The notes below the pieces were generated by a model. That model ran no database searches and had not been told where the DNA came from. It saw nothing but the letters and a program-made list of their open reading frames with translations. Shown piece by piece: positions 38,214-49,000 of a stretch of 64,000 nt of DNA. The translations under genes and the position numbers were made by a program. Within the stretch, counting starts at the first letter, position 1; each line of letters opens with the position of its first letter. This DNA comes from Eubacteriales bacterium (GTDB lineage Bacteria > Bacillota > Clostridia > Oscillospirales > CAG-272): the NCBI GenBank assembly GCA_045613985.1, contig JAZLCA010000072.1:747-64746 (forward strand), in the 5' to 3' direction.

Positions 38214-40283
38214 TTACAGCTTCATTGCTACATCCCAAGCACCCCAAATGACGGTACGGAGGTTACCTACCTTGTCAGCGTCGCCAATCACGTGAATATG
38301 GCGTCCTTTAGATACGATAGGAGCGGGATTGTAGCCAACAGAGAGAATGACCGAATCTGCGTTGACGGTGAACATCTTTCCGTCTTTATCCTTCAGAGTT
38401 ACGTTGCCGTCACCAATTTCGGAAAGAGCGGTTTCAAGATATACCGGCACTTGATTGGTCTTGAAGAAATCACGCAGATAGCTTGTATTTGCAAGGCAGA
38501 TGCCGGGCGTTGTCACAAGGTCGTCCTGCATCTCCACGATGGTAGGCTTTTTGCCGTTCAGATAGAGCTCATATGCAATTTCGCATCCCGTAAGACCGCC
38601 GCCAATGACAACAACGTTTTCGCCGACCGTCTTGTTACCAAGCAGATAATCCACGGCTTCCACAGCGGTTTCCGCGCCCTTAACGGGGATTTTCTTGGCA
38701 ACCGCACCTGTTGCGACGATGATCTCGTCGGCATCCAGAGCCTTTACGTCCTTGATCTCGGTGTTCATCTTAACGGTGATCGGATATTTGGAAAGCTCGC
38801 GGATATACCAAGCAATAAGCGCTCTGTCCTTTTCCTTGAAGGAGGGAGCGGCAGCTGCGATGAACACGCCGCCGAGCTTGTCAGTCTTCTCGTAAAGAGT
38901 TACCTCGTGTCCGCGCTTGGCGAGAACGATAGCCGCTTCCATACCACCGATACCGCCACCGATGACAGCGATCTTCTTTTGCTTCTTGGCAGGCTCGATA
39001 TGATACTTCTTCGACTGCATGGTTTCGGGATTGAGTGCGCAACGTGCAAGGCCCATGGTATCCGTAAGATCCTGCGTATTCGCGTGTCCCTTGGAAGAAG
39101 AGAAATTAAAACAACCGCTGTGACAGCAGATGCACGGCTTGATATCCTCAAGTCTATTCTCGATGAGCTTTGTGATCCATTCGGAATCGACGAGGAATTG
39201 GCGGGCGATACCCACTGCATCAATTCTTCCCTCTGCAACTGCCTTTGCGCCAACCTCGGCATCCATTCTTCCCGCACAGACGACAGGGATATCTACAAAT
39301 TTCTTGATGTGCGCTACATCGTCAAGATTGCAGTTCTCGGGCATATACATTGGCGGATGCGCCCAGTACCAGGAGTCATAGGTGCCATTGTCGGCATTCA
39401 GCATATCGTAACCTGCATCCTGCAAGTATTTCGCTGCTCTTTCGGATTCTTCCATGTTACGTCCGACCTCGGTGTATTCCTCGCCGGGCATTGCACCCTC
39501 GCAGAAGCCCTTCATCTTGGATTCGACGGAATAGCGGAGAGATACGGGATAATCCTCACCGCACGCCTCCTTGATCGCCTTGACGACCTCTGCAGCAAAG
39601 CGGTAGCGATTTTCAAAGCTTCCGCCGTACTCGTCGGTACGCTTATTGAAAAATTCGATCGCAAATTGGTCAAGCAGGTATCCTTCGTGAACGGCGTGAA
39701 CCTCCACACCGTCAACACCCGCGTCACGGCAGAGCTTTGCCGTCTTTGCAAACGCTTCGATGATCTCGTGAATCTGCTCTACGGTCATTTCGGGACACTC
39801 GATATCAGGTGCCCAACGCGCAGGCTGAGGAGAGGGACAAGCAAGCTCATGAGAGGTGTCAATGATCGGCTTTACCAAAGCACGGGTAAACTTGTTTTTG
39901 TGCAAGGGGGCTACAAGCTCCGTGATCGCCCAAGAGCGTCCCATACCGGCCGTCAACTGAATAAAGAGCTTGGCACCTGTCTTATGAATCTCATCCATGA
40001 AAACCTTGAGATCCTTGAACATTTTTTCATTCTGCCAAAGCCATTTTCCCCAAAAGGTGTCGCGCAGAGGCGCAATTCCGGGAATGATAAGACCCACGTT
40101 GTTGTTTGCGCGCTCAAGGAAAAGCTTTGCAGCTTCCTTGTCAAAATGACAGCCCGTAAGCTCAAACCAACCGAAGAGCGACGTGCCTCCCATCGGGCAC
40201 ATGACGATACGGTTTTTGATCTCTACGTTGCCGATTTTCCAAGGTGTAAATAACGCTTGGTATTTTTCGTCCGTTCTGTTCAT
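38214..40283 (-). CDS. Enoate-reductase / 2,4-dienoyl-CoA-reductase family flavoenzyme (OYE TIM barrel + Fe-S motif + FAD/NAD(P) domain)
   Basis: 689 aa. OYE-like N-terminus (LFTPWKIGNVEIKNRIVMCPMG; GVEVHAVHEGYLLDQF), Cys cluster CICCHSGC...C, dinucleotide fold KKIAVIGGGIGGMEAA and VVVIGGGLTGCE. Confidence 0.85.
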   Translation of the reverse strand: MNRTDEKYQALFTPWKIGNVEIKNRIVMCPMGGTSLFGWFELTGCHFDKEAAKLFLERANNNVGLIIPGIAPLRDTFWGKWLWQNEKMFKDLKVFMDEIHKTGAKLFIQLTAGMGRSWAITELVAPLHKNKFTRALVKPIIDTSHELACPSPQPARWAPDIECPEMTVEQIHEIIEAFAKTAKLCRDAGVDGVEVHAVHEGYLLDQFAIEFFNKRTDEYGGSFENRYRFAAEVVKAIKEACGEDYPVSLRYSVESKMKGFCEGAMPGEEYTEVGRNMEESERAAKYLQDAGYDMLNADNGTYDSWYWAHPPMYMPENCNLDDVAHIKKFVDIPVVCAGRMDAEVGAKAVAEGRIDAVGIARQFLVDSEWITKLIENRLEDIKPCICCHSGCFNFSSSKGHANTQDLTDTMGLARCALNPETMQSKKYHIEPAKKQKKIAVIGGGIGGMEAAIVLAKRGHEVTLYEKTDKLGGVFIAAAAPSFKEKDRALIAWYIRELSKYPITVKMNTEIKDVKALDADEIIVATGAVAKKIPVKGAETAVEAVDYLLGNKTVGENVVVIGGGLTGCEIAYELYLNGKKPTIVEMQDDLVTTPGICLANTSYLRDFFKTNQVPVYLETALSEIGDGNVTLKDKDGKMFTVNADSVILSVGYNPAPIVSKGRHIHVIGDADKVGNLRTVIWGAWDVAMKL

Positions 40284-40334
40284 AACATCGTTCCTTTCAA
40301 GAGAAGATTTGTCTTATAAAAAAGCACCGTACAT

Positions 40335-40363
40335 ATTATAACATAAATTTCCTTTTTCTGCAA
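40335..40363 (-). promoter_or_regulatory. Consensus sigma-A promoter for the enoate-reductase/AcnX operon
   Basis: Minus strand reads TTGCAG (40363-40358), 17 nt, TATAAT (40340-40335). Confidence 0.6.
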
Positions 40364-40380
40364 GTATAATATAGCAACTT

Positions 40381-40430
40381 AAAAAATATTCCCCAACGCT
40401 GCCGATTCGCTCGCGTCGGGGAATATTTTT
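40381..40430 (-). terminator. Rho-independent terminator after the GH2 gene
   Basis: AAAAATATTCCCC (40382-40394) / GGGGAATATTTTT (40418-40430). It overlaps the stop codon and has a T-run on the minus strand. Confidence 0.65.
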
Positions 40431-42879
40431 ACTTCATCAAAACATACTTTACTTTTCCGCTCTGTTTGCCCAATCGAACGCGGTAAGGCACGCCGGGGTA
40501 CAGATCGAAGAAGTTGTCGGACAGGTCGGCATCGTCACCGTCAAGATCCAGGCAGACACCCAAGGCGAAGCTATCGCACAGGTAAGTCGCCAGGCCGTCG
40601 GCAATATCAACCTTGATTTCAGGTTTGAGCAGGCCGAGCGTGTGGTAAGGCTTCTCCACAAAACGCCGGCGAGCAATAACCTCGCCCTGTTCATCCATCA
40701 GCATCGCGCAAGGAATATATCCTTCGGGAATGGAGGGTAACGTTGCGATCACCGTCGATGCATTGGCGGGCAATTCGACGGAAATTTCCTGCCATTGTCC
40801 CTGTGTGCCGTCGGGCGAGAAAGCACCGTAACGCAAGGTAACCTTTTGTTCGGTCAAGTATTCGTTGATACCGTAAATATCGAATCCATCTTCCCTTTTG
40901 ACGATATCCACCACCACAGGGGCAAAGGATCGCTTGACCGGATGGAAAGAGGGTGTGCGATTGCGAAGATAGTCCACGATGGTCCAGGAGCGAGTAGCAG
41001 GCCAACAATCCTCATACATCCAGAAAATAGCCGCGTCGGTGGTCTCACTCATGCGGCGGCGGAAGTTGAGAATGTATTCCGTGAGCGCCTCGCCCTGCAA
41101 AAATCCGCCATAATAGACGTAGTCGGGAATGCTCATACCATAGCGGTCGATATCCATTCCCAATTTCTCCATCAGAGCCCTCTCGGGCGCACAGCCATCC
41201 TGGTCGGCGATGGAGTTGTCATGCACCTTGAAGTCAAACGAGTGCATATAATCCTGCCCCTCGCCCAGCGCGGCCATCATGTTGGGAAGGCTCGTTGGAC
41301 CGAGGAAACCGCCCTCGTTGGGAAAGCGGCAATCCATCTGGCGATAAGCGAAATAATCGCGGTTGCCAAAGCCGATCTGCCAGGGATGCTGATCGCCGAT
41401 CTTATTGCCGTTGGCATCCGAGCCGTCGGGCGAATAAGGGCTGGAGGGCTGATAATAGTGATTGTCCCCCTCCGCATGCATGATCTTGGGAACGAGCGAA
41501 TAATACAGGCCGGCGCAGGTATAGGTAGCAACCAAGTGGGGCGCTTGCATTTGCCAGTCGATCTCATTGTTACCGCAGTACATCACCGCTGAGGCAAAAG
41601 TTGACATACGGCGGATATTGTAGGTAATCTCGGCGCGATAGCTTTCAAGAAATTCGCGATCGGTTGCAGGATAGTTGGCGCAGGCACCGATGAAATCCTG
41701 CCATACAACAATGCCGTTTTGGTCGCACAGATCGTAAAAATCGTCCGTTTCGTACACACCGCCGCCCCAAACGCGCAGGGCGTTGAAGTTGGCCTCAACC
41801 GCACGCGAGATGACAGTTTCGTAGGCATCGCGAGTCAAACGGGAAAACAGAATATCCAAGGGAATCATATTGCCGCCCTTGGCAAACACCTGTTGGCCGT
41901 TGATCTTGAGGCGGAACAAGCGGCCGCCGTCGGGCGTGGGCGACTGGTCGATCTCCACACGGCGCATACCAACCTTTTTATCGGTCACAGACACAACGTC
42001 TCCCGTCCCCTCATCCACCACGGTCAAGCGTAAGGTATAGCGGTAAGGCTCGCCATGATTGCGAGGCTGCCACAATTTGGGGTTGGCAATACACAGCGTT
42101 AAGGGAGCATAAACGTCGCCCTGCACTTGTCCCGTCCATTCGGCACTCTCCCCACTCTCCACAACCGTTGCCGTCACCTTGACACCGCGGTGGTCAGGCA
42201 TACTCAAAAACTGACGGATGCGCAGCGTCGCACAGGAGTAATCGTCATTCAAATCGTGGAAGACGGACACCTCGTTGACAAATACGCGTCCGATCTCCAA
42301 ATAGCAGGGGCGGAAAATACCCACGTTGAGAAGTCTGGGCGACCAGTCCCATTCAAAGGCCGATTGGGGACGGCGGCAATAATTGCGGCGCATCGCCTGC
42401 TCTCTTTGATAGCCGTGCCCGCCGCCCGCCGGCTTGAACGCATTGGCCAAAAGACCGCTTTCCAGCTTGACGTCGATTCTGTTTTCACCCACGCGGACGA
42501 AGCTTGTCACGTCAAGACGGCAAGGAACGAAAAAATTGCCGTGACGGCCGACCGGACGGCCATTGACAAAAATCAACGCATACAGATCCAATCCTTCAAA
42601 AACAAGGCGCACCCGCTTGTCGTCGGCAAGATCCTCTTCGCTCAAGTAAAACGTGCGAGAGATGAGCCAGGTTTCCTCCTCGATCCAGCGGGCGTTCAGC
42701 ACGTTGTGACCGTAATGAACGTCACCCGTCAGATGCTCAAGTGCCTCCTGTACCGTTCCGGGAATTTTTATATCATAATCGGGCATCCAACGCTGGCGTC
42801 GGGGCCAATCCCCTTCTCCACCGCGATAACCGCTCGCGCTCTTACACTTCCAAATACCGTCAAGACTGATCTTTTTCAT
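40429..42879 (-). CDS. Glycoside hydrolase family 2 beta-mannosidase (cytoplasmic)
   Basis: 816 aa from ATG 42879 (GGAG 7 nt upstream). MKKISLDGIWKCK.., NALRVWGGGVYE, VWQDF, YCGNNEIDW are typical of GH2 beta-mannosidases. No signal peptide. Confidence 0.85.
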   Translation of the reverse strand: MKKISLDGIWKCKSASGYRGGEGDWPRRQRWMPDYDIKIPGTVQEALEHLTGDVHYGHNVLNARWIEEETWLISRTFYLSEEDLADDKRVRLVFEGLDLYALIFVNGRPVGRHGNFFVPCRLDVTSFVRVGENRIDVKLESGLLANAFKPAGGGHGYQREQAMRRNYCRRPQSAFEWDWSPRLLNVGIFRPCYLEIGRVFVNEVSVFHDLNDDYSCATLRIRQFLSMPDHRGVKVTATVVESGESAEWTGQVQGDVYAPLTLCIANPKLWQPRNHGEPYRYTLRLTVVDEGTGDVVSVTDKKVGMRRVEIDQSPTPDGGRLFRLKINGQQVFAKGGNMIPLDILFSRLTRDAYETVISRAVEANFNALRVWGGGVYETDDFYDLCDQNGIVVWQDFIGACANYPATDREFLESYRAEITYNIRRMSTFASAVMYCGNNEIDWQMQAPHLVATYTCAGLYYSLVPKIMHAEGDNHYYQPSSPYSPDGSDANGNKIGDQHPWQIGFGNRDYFAYRQMDCRFPNEGGFLGPTSLPNMMAALGEGQDYMHSFDFKVHDNSIADQDGCAPERALMEKLGMDIDRYGMSIPDYVYYGGFLQGEALTEYILNFRRRMSETTDAAIFWMYEDCWPATRSWTIVDYLRNRTPSFHPVKRSFAPVVVDIVKREDGFDIYGINEYLTEQKVTLRYGAFSPDGTQGQWQEISVELPANASTVIATLPSIPEGYIPCAMLMDEQGEVIARRRFVEKPYHTLGLLKPEIKVDIADGLATYLCDSFALGVCLDLDGDDADLSDNFFDLYPGVPYRVRLGKQSGKVKYVLMK

Positions 42880-42951
42880 ATCCGGTCTCCTTCCCCAAAA
42901 GGTTATTGTCTTCATTATAGCAAAAAAATTTCCGCGCGTCAATATCCCGCC

Positions 42952-42980
42952 TTGACATTTGAAGTCTTGCGTGCTACAAT
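42952..42980 (+). promoter_or_regulatory. Consensus sigma-A promoter for the transporter/GH36-like pair
   Basis: TTGACA (42952-42957), 17 nt, TACAAT (42975-42980). Confidence 0.6.
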
Positions 42981-43007
42981 ACAAATATCAAATACAAGGA
43001 GAACCTT

Positions 43008-43928
43008 ATGCAATACTATTTGATCGTTCTTTTGGCCGTCATCGGTCTGGCAGGCAATTTTTGCCTGACCAAGCTATATCAGAACCGTACCGGCACAGGA
43101 TTCCGCATCAGCGTCCTGTTCAACATTATCACCGGTGCCTTCACGGCGACACTGTTTTTCTTCATCAACGGTTTTATGAACGGCTTTTCCTTGCATCTGA
43201 CGCCCTTTTCCTGGCTGATGGCCGCTCTTCTCATTCTGTTTTGCGGCGCGTACGCACTGATCGGCTTTAAAATCATTGCCATCGGAAACATTGCGATTTA
43301 CACCATGTTCTTGATGTTGGGCGGCATGACGCTTCCCTACTTTTTTGGTCTGATCTATCTGGAAGAAACTTTCTCCTTTTTGAGATTGGCCGGTCTTTTG
43401 CTCATGATCGCCGCCATTGCATTATCCAACGTTCAAGGTGGAAAAGAGCAAAAGCGCAAAGGAACTCTCCTCTTTTTCCTTTTGTGCATGATCGTTTTTT
43501 GTCTCAACGGCGGTGGAAGCATCGTGTCCAAGATCCATCAATTGCCCTCCAATACCCATAAGGCTGTTTCCGATCCCGCTTTCGTCATGATGGCCGGCGT
43601 CATCCGAGTGATCGTGTTTTCTCTGATCTATCTTGGCATTCTCATCAAGGATCGCCGAGCACCGAAGGAACTGCGTCCCGAGCCCATCAAGCTGCCCTGG
43701 TCGGTGATCGGCATTATGTTGGCAAGCTCCGCTGTTGACGGCGCATCCTACCTGTGCCAGCTGATCGGAGCTTCGCATCTTCCTGCCACGGTGCTCTACC
43801 CTATGATCACCGGCGGCAGCGTTGTTCTGACGGCTTTGGCAGGTCGCATCTTTTTCAAGCAAAAACTGTCTGTTCCCGCCACCGTTGGTATTGCTCTTTG
43901 TTTTAGCGCCACCCTGTTTTTTCTCTGA
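43008..43928 (+). CDS. Polytopic membrane protein, DMT/EamA-like transporter
   Basis: 306 aa with about 10 hydrophobic helices in two 5-helix halves. AAGGAG RBS. The family call rests on topology only. Confidence 0.55.
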   Translation: MQYYLIVLLAVIGLAGNFCLTKLYQNRTGTGFRISVLFNIITGAFTATLFFFINGFMNGFSLHLTPFSWLMAALLILFCGAYALIGFKIIAIGNIAIYTMFLMLGGMTLPYFFGLIYLEETFSFLRLAGLLLMIAAIALSNVQGGKEQKRKGTLLFFLLCMIVFCLNGGGSIVSKIHQLPSNTHKAVSDPAFVMMAGVIRVIVFSLIYLGILIKDRRAPKELRPEPIKLPWSVIGIMLASSAVDGASYLCQLIGASHLPATVLYPMITGGSVVLTALAGRIFFKQKLSVPATVGIALCFSATLFFL

Positions 43929-43964
43929 TCCTCCATCAAAACACAACTGAAAGGACGGTAACGT

Positions 43965-45944
43965 ATGAATTCTTCTTATCGTACAACGGCAGCCGATATG
44001 GCTCTGCTCCCCCGCATCTTGAAGTTCACTTCTCCCGACCGTATCCCTTTGCGTTTTTCGCTTGGTGACCGCGTCATCCAAGGTATTCCCGCGGAATTTC
44101 ATCCCACCGTCACCCATCGTCTGATCGATTGCAACATGGTGCAATATTTGATTGAGGGACAAAACGAAGACGGCCTTTTCATCCGCGCCGAATACATCGA
44201 ATACCGCGACTTTCCCGTGACCGAGTGGGTGGTAACGCTGACCAACCGTGGAACCGTTGATACTCCCGTTGTGTCCGATATCCGTCTGGGCGGACATATT
44301 CCCTGCACCAAGGCCGTATTGGAATTCGGCAACGGCGATACCTGCACGCCCGACGGCTATCACTTTTTCAAAACTCTCGTAGACAGGGCCATGAGCCTGA
44401 CGCCGAACGACGGCACCTCCTGCAACGGTGCCTTTCCTTACATGACGTTACATACCGAAGATTGTGAGATCCGAGCTGCCATCGGCTGGCCCACCAAGTG
44501 GGTAGCGGATATTGCTCCCACGGAGGGTGGCATCACCTATTTGTGCGGTCAGGATCGTTGTCATACGATATTGCATCCCGGCGAATCCTTCCGTACGCCC
44601 CGACTCAACCTCATGGCCTATACCAACGAAGATGCCCCTTTCCGCGGCATCAATCTGTGGCGTGCATGGTATCTGAAGCATATTCTGCCCCGCGAAAACG
44701 GTCAGGGCATTCCGCCCAAGCTGTGCCTGCACAACTTTATGGCAGACGGCAAGCCCGAATTTACGGGCGCTAACGAGCAAAATCAAATTGGTGCTTTGGA
44801 GGAGTACATTCGCCGCGGCATGAAACCAGACATCTGGTGGTTTGACGCCGGCTGGTATCCTTGTGATTACGATTGGCCCCGCACCGGCACCTGGCATCCC
44901 GATCCCGCCCGCTTCCCTCGCGGTCTTGCGCCCTTAGGCGAAGCTTGTGAGAACAACGGCGTTCAACTGCTTTTGTGGTTTGAGCCCGAGCGCGTGCGCG
45001 GTGGTGAGGAATTGGAGCGCGAGCATTCCAACTGGCTTTTGTATCAACGCGATGAAAACGGCAACCCCGTTGGGGATCGCCTGCTTGATCTGGGCAATGA
45101 CGAGGCAAGAAGCTGGCTAATCGGACACGTGAATGGCCTCATTAAGCAGTCACACATTGCCATCTACCGTCAGGACTTTAATTTTAATCCCGCCCCCATC
45201 TGGGCGCAGAACGAGGCGGAGGATCGTATCGGCATACTGGAAAACCGTCACGCGCTGGGTTATCTCGCTTATTGGGATGCTCTGATTTTAGAAAATCCCG
45301 GATTGTGGATCGATTCCTGTGCCTCAGGCGGTCGCCGCAATGATCTTGAAACCATGCGCCGCGCCGTTCCACTCCACTACACCGACGTCGGCTACGGACA
45401 CCACCCCATCAAGCAAAAGCAGCACCGCGAAATGTTTGAGTGGATTCCCTATTTCCGCGCCCATAACATGAACTGGGACAACGCTGAAACAGGTGCATAT
45501 GAAAACGGCGGCCGTCCTACCGACACCTTCGCATTCCACTGCGCTCTCGCCCCTTCTCTGACTTCCATGTTCACCTACAACGATACCGAGGAAAATTTCC
45601 AGATCGGTCTTCGCATGGACGACATTTGGAGAGAGGCTGCCGAGATCGAGCTTTCGGGCGACTATTATCCCATGACCGAATGTCGATTGGATCCCCACGA
45701 CTTTTACGCCATGCAGTTTGATGATCCCACCTCGCGCCGCGGCTTCATCCAAGTCATCCGCAACACGCAGGTTGAGAGCGACACCTACCTCGTCGTCCCT
45801 CCCTGCATCCACGAGAATGCCGTTTATACGCTGATTGACCGCGAGACCGACCAAGTACTCACCCTGAGTGCAAATGAGCTCAGAGAGGGCTTTACGGCCG
45901 CCATGAAGCCTCGTTCCGGTGTGGTGTATTTCTACACGTATTAA
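43965..45944 (+). CDS. Clan GH-D (GH36-like) glycoside hydrolase, alpha-galactosidase-type
   Basis: Motif order matches GH36: IWWFDAGWY, LLLWFEPERV, IYRQDFNFN (nucleophile region), WIDSCASGGRRNDLE, HYTDVG. No signal peptide. Confidence 0.65.
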   Translation: MNSSYRTTAADMALLPRILKFTSPDRIPLRFSLGDRVIQGIPAEFHPTVTHRLIDCNMVQYLIEGQNEDGLFIRAEYIEYRDFPVTEWVVTLTNRGTVDTPVVSDIRLGGHIPCTKAVLEFGNGDTCTPDGYHFFKTLVDRAMSLTPNDGTSCNGAFPYMTLHTEDCEIRAAIGWPTKWVADIAPTEGGITYLCGQDRCHTILHPGESFRTPRLNLMAYTNEDAPFRGINLWRAWYLKHILPRENGQGIPPKLCLHNFMADGKPEFTGANEQNQIGALEEYIRRGMKPDIWWFDAGWYPCDYDWPRTGTWHPDPARFPRGLAPLGEACENNGVQLLLWFEPERVRGGEELEREHSNWLLYQRDENGNPVGDRLLDLGNDEARSWLIGHVNGLIKQSHIAIYRQDFNFNPAPIWAQNEAEDRIGILENRHALGYLAYWDALILENPGLWIDSCASGGRRNDLETMRRAVPLHYTDVGYGHHPIKQKQHREMFEWIPYFRAHNMNWDNAETGAYENGGRPTDTFAFHCALAPSLTSMFTYNDTEENFQIGLRMDDIWREAAEIELSGDYYPMTECRLDPHDFYAMQFDDPTSRRGFIQVIRNTQVESDTYLVVPPCIHENAVYTLIDRETDQVLTLSANELREGFTAAMKPRSGVVYFYTY

Positions 45945-45957
45945 TTTAATAGCATAA

Positions 45958-45998
45958 CAAAAGGACAGACGATCCAAGATCGTCTGTCCTCGTTTTTT
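45958..45998. terminator. Bidirectional terminator between the GH36-like gene and the giant adhesin gene
   Basis: 13-bp stem AGGACAGACGATC (45962-45974) / GATCGTCTGTCCT (45978-45990), then CGTTTTTT; ACAAAA lies upstream. Confidence 0.8.
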
Positions 45999-46006
45999 AA
46001 GGATAT

Positions 46007-49000
46007 TTAGTTTTGCGTGCTGTAAGCGTTGTCGGTGATGTAATAAGAATTCGTCTCTTCAGTTGTTCCCGCAACGTCAGGGCCGGGGATTGAATAACTG
46101 AAATTCATGATTTCAGTTCCATCGAAGGTGAATTCCCAAACAAAACTCTCATCCACAACCTTGTTGAGCGTCTGTGCGGGGCTTTCCAAAGCCACCGAAG
46201 AAACATCATCGGTGTATCTCCACGACCAAGCACTCTCGAGCGTAACAGTATAATCGCCAACAGGAAGGCCAAGAATAGTCTGACCATCGCCGCCCCAGCT
46301 GACCACAGCTACACGAACGTCCACGCCTACCGTAGCAGAGCTCGAAACACCTTGAATACGATAAATAAAACCTTGATCCCAAATATCCAATGCAGGGTTC
46401 GGGTTTATTCCGCCAGTGTTCAGCTGATTCTTTATCGTCAAGCTGGTGGGGACGAATTTGGCGTAGAAGGTGACCTCCTTGGTAGCCCAGGCCGTCAAGG
46501 CCTTCGGCTGAATATAGCCATCACTAACATCGGCTTGGCTGCTATCGACCTTTTTGTAAGTGGATGTTGTACTGTCGTACATATACCAACCTTCGAAAAT
46601 ATACCCCTTCGCCGGAGTAGGTGTAGATCCTTTAGCCGTACTGCCTAAATTAACATCCTCGTTATATCGATCCAAAGTACCCGTTCCTATATCCATAACC
46701 TGATACTTGAAATAGATCGTCTGGTAAGCATAATAGAAGTAGAACGTATAATCATCACTTACAATAGACTTCGTTTGCGATTCGCCGCTGATGGTAGTGT
46801 ATACGTCTTTATCGATTTTTACGGTATTAGTTGCATTCTCGTTCTCACCATAAGCATTTACCTTTTTCGTTTCGCCATATTTAACCTGATTAAACATCTC
46901 CGTTTCGGTAGTACCATTCGGTAGAATGTGCTCTACTTTGTAGGAGACATATTTTCTCGGATAATACGCCGACAAGACGAGGCCTTGAGACAATACTCCT
47001 GTAGCCGATGCCGGCACCGTACCACTAAAAGCACCACCATTTGTAGTTGTAGTGGTTTGAACAGTAGTAACATCCACAGAATAACCGTAAGACAGCTTGG
47101 ACAGCAGGTAATCTCCGGCGCTGAAGAATTGGCCAACCGTGCCCATGAGGGTAGTAATCGAATATCTCGTATACGATCCATCCAGGTTCTCGGTATAGTG
47201 GATAATATATACGTTAGCGGTCGATCCACGGTCTTCCCAGTTGAATTCGATCACGTTAGCCGCAGCATTCGTCGTCAGAATAACGTCCTTTTGGTAAGCA
47301 TCGGGAGAAAGCTTGGTGACAATTTCCCAAACCTTTCCCGCATCAGCCGTACTTGCGCCCAAGGCTTTTGCCGCTGCCACAATATTTGCCTTAGTAACAG
47401 AATCGTCAAACCGCACGGTGATTTCAGCGGAACCTTCTTTTGAAGCATAAACCTCATAGAAATACGTAAACGTGGTTGCGCCGTTCAGATAATCTGCGAA
47501 TTCCTCATTATGGAAAACGTGATTAACCGTATAAGGAATTTCCGCATTAGAGGTATCATAATGGAACGTATAGACGTTACTCTCCCCCGCGTTCATGGAA
47601 AGCTTATGCGAGCGCACCGTGGGGAAATAGCCCTTTTGATACGTAGTATCCAAATCGGGACCAACCTTGGCAAAGAACTCTTTGCTGACGCCCGCCAAGG
47701 ATTTACCCTTCATGGGAGGCGCGACGTCTTTGGTATAGTCACCGTTTGCATCCTTGGTTTTGTAGTATACCGTAAATTCAACGGGAACGTGCGACGTCCA
47801 CTTGGCATAGATCACGTAGTCCTGCTTGATGGGCATGGTGTTGAAATCAAAACGCTTCTCCTCACCATTTTCCTTGTAATACCATCCGGCAAAAATGTAT
47901 TCAGTAATAGGAGGTACCGGGTCTTTCGGTTCCTGGCCAAACAACGATGCGCCGAACAGAACTTTGTTTGCACCCGTAAGATCAAGATATTTCGTTGCGC
48001 CGGGATACTGATCGGGATCCTGCTGATAAACCTCAACGCTGAACTTATTCGTAATCCATTTAGCGTAAAGTTTTATGTTTTTGGCAGGCATCGTGATGTC
48101 AAAACTGAACGCATTTTGGCACGCCTCATCAATGTACCAGCCGCCAAACGTAGCTTCGTTTGCTTCAAATACATTGGGATAATTCGTGTTCCCAAAGTCT
48201 GCTTTTTTGTAGGCACCCGTGTTCAGCGAAGTACCGTAGGAGACACCTCTATTACCCTCATCATCTTCAAAAGAAATTTGTTTACCATTGTTATCGTCGT
48301 AGACGAGATTGTATTTCTGTCGCGTATAGAAATAATTCATAACGACTGCGGCTTTATACGTCTTTCCCGTGCCGACCATATTAGAAATGGCAGTTGCTTC
48401 GGCAGTAGTTACTCCTAAATTATTAGTAGTACTATCTGCTTCAGTATCATTGTATGATCCTGCAACATGATAGGAAAACGATGCACTTTCATTTTTATCA
48501 TATCCCACAATTGCTGGATGTGTTTGCTTGCCAGCGGTTGAGTCATCACATGTGTCATAGCAATCTGCTAAATAATAATCAATCTTGTTGTCGTTATTGG
48601 TATCAAGAACTGCAGTATAAGTGAAGCCATTGATCGTCTTCGTCGTGGGATATGTTACTCCGTCTAAAACAGGCAACCAAATTTTATATCGGTATAGTTC
48701 AGGTATACTCCAATCGATATTTGCACCGCCCTCCCAAAAGCAAGCATATGTTACCGTTGTATCTGTGACGGATGTATCATTCCAAAGCAAGTTCTCATCC
48801 AGCTCTGTATAATTACCTTTGATAGTTTGGTTTCCTTTGTTTACAGTGGTATCCGAAGTATATTTAACGCGAGATTCTCCGTTCCAAGCGCTCACCAACG
48901 CTTTACCACCGGACCAATACTGATTGGTAAAATTAATGTCAGCCGCATTAAACACTCCGCACGGCCACAAGTTACTGATATCGGCTCCATATCTTGCATT

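Noticed and set aside
38139-40253. 704-aa plus-strand ORF overlapping the enoate-reductase gene
   Set aside because: It is antisense to a gene with strong OYE/FAD motifs and has no domain signatures of its own. The ORFs 19542-21119(-), 22244-23662(-), 7287-8675(+), 62568-63926(+), 53036-54133(+) and 55616-56464(+) are rejected for the same reason.
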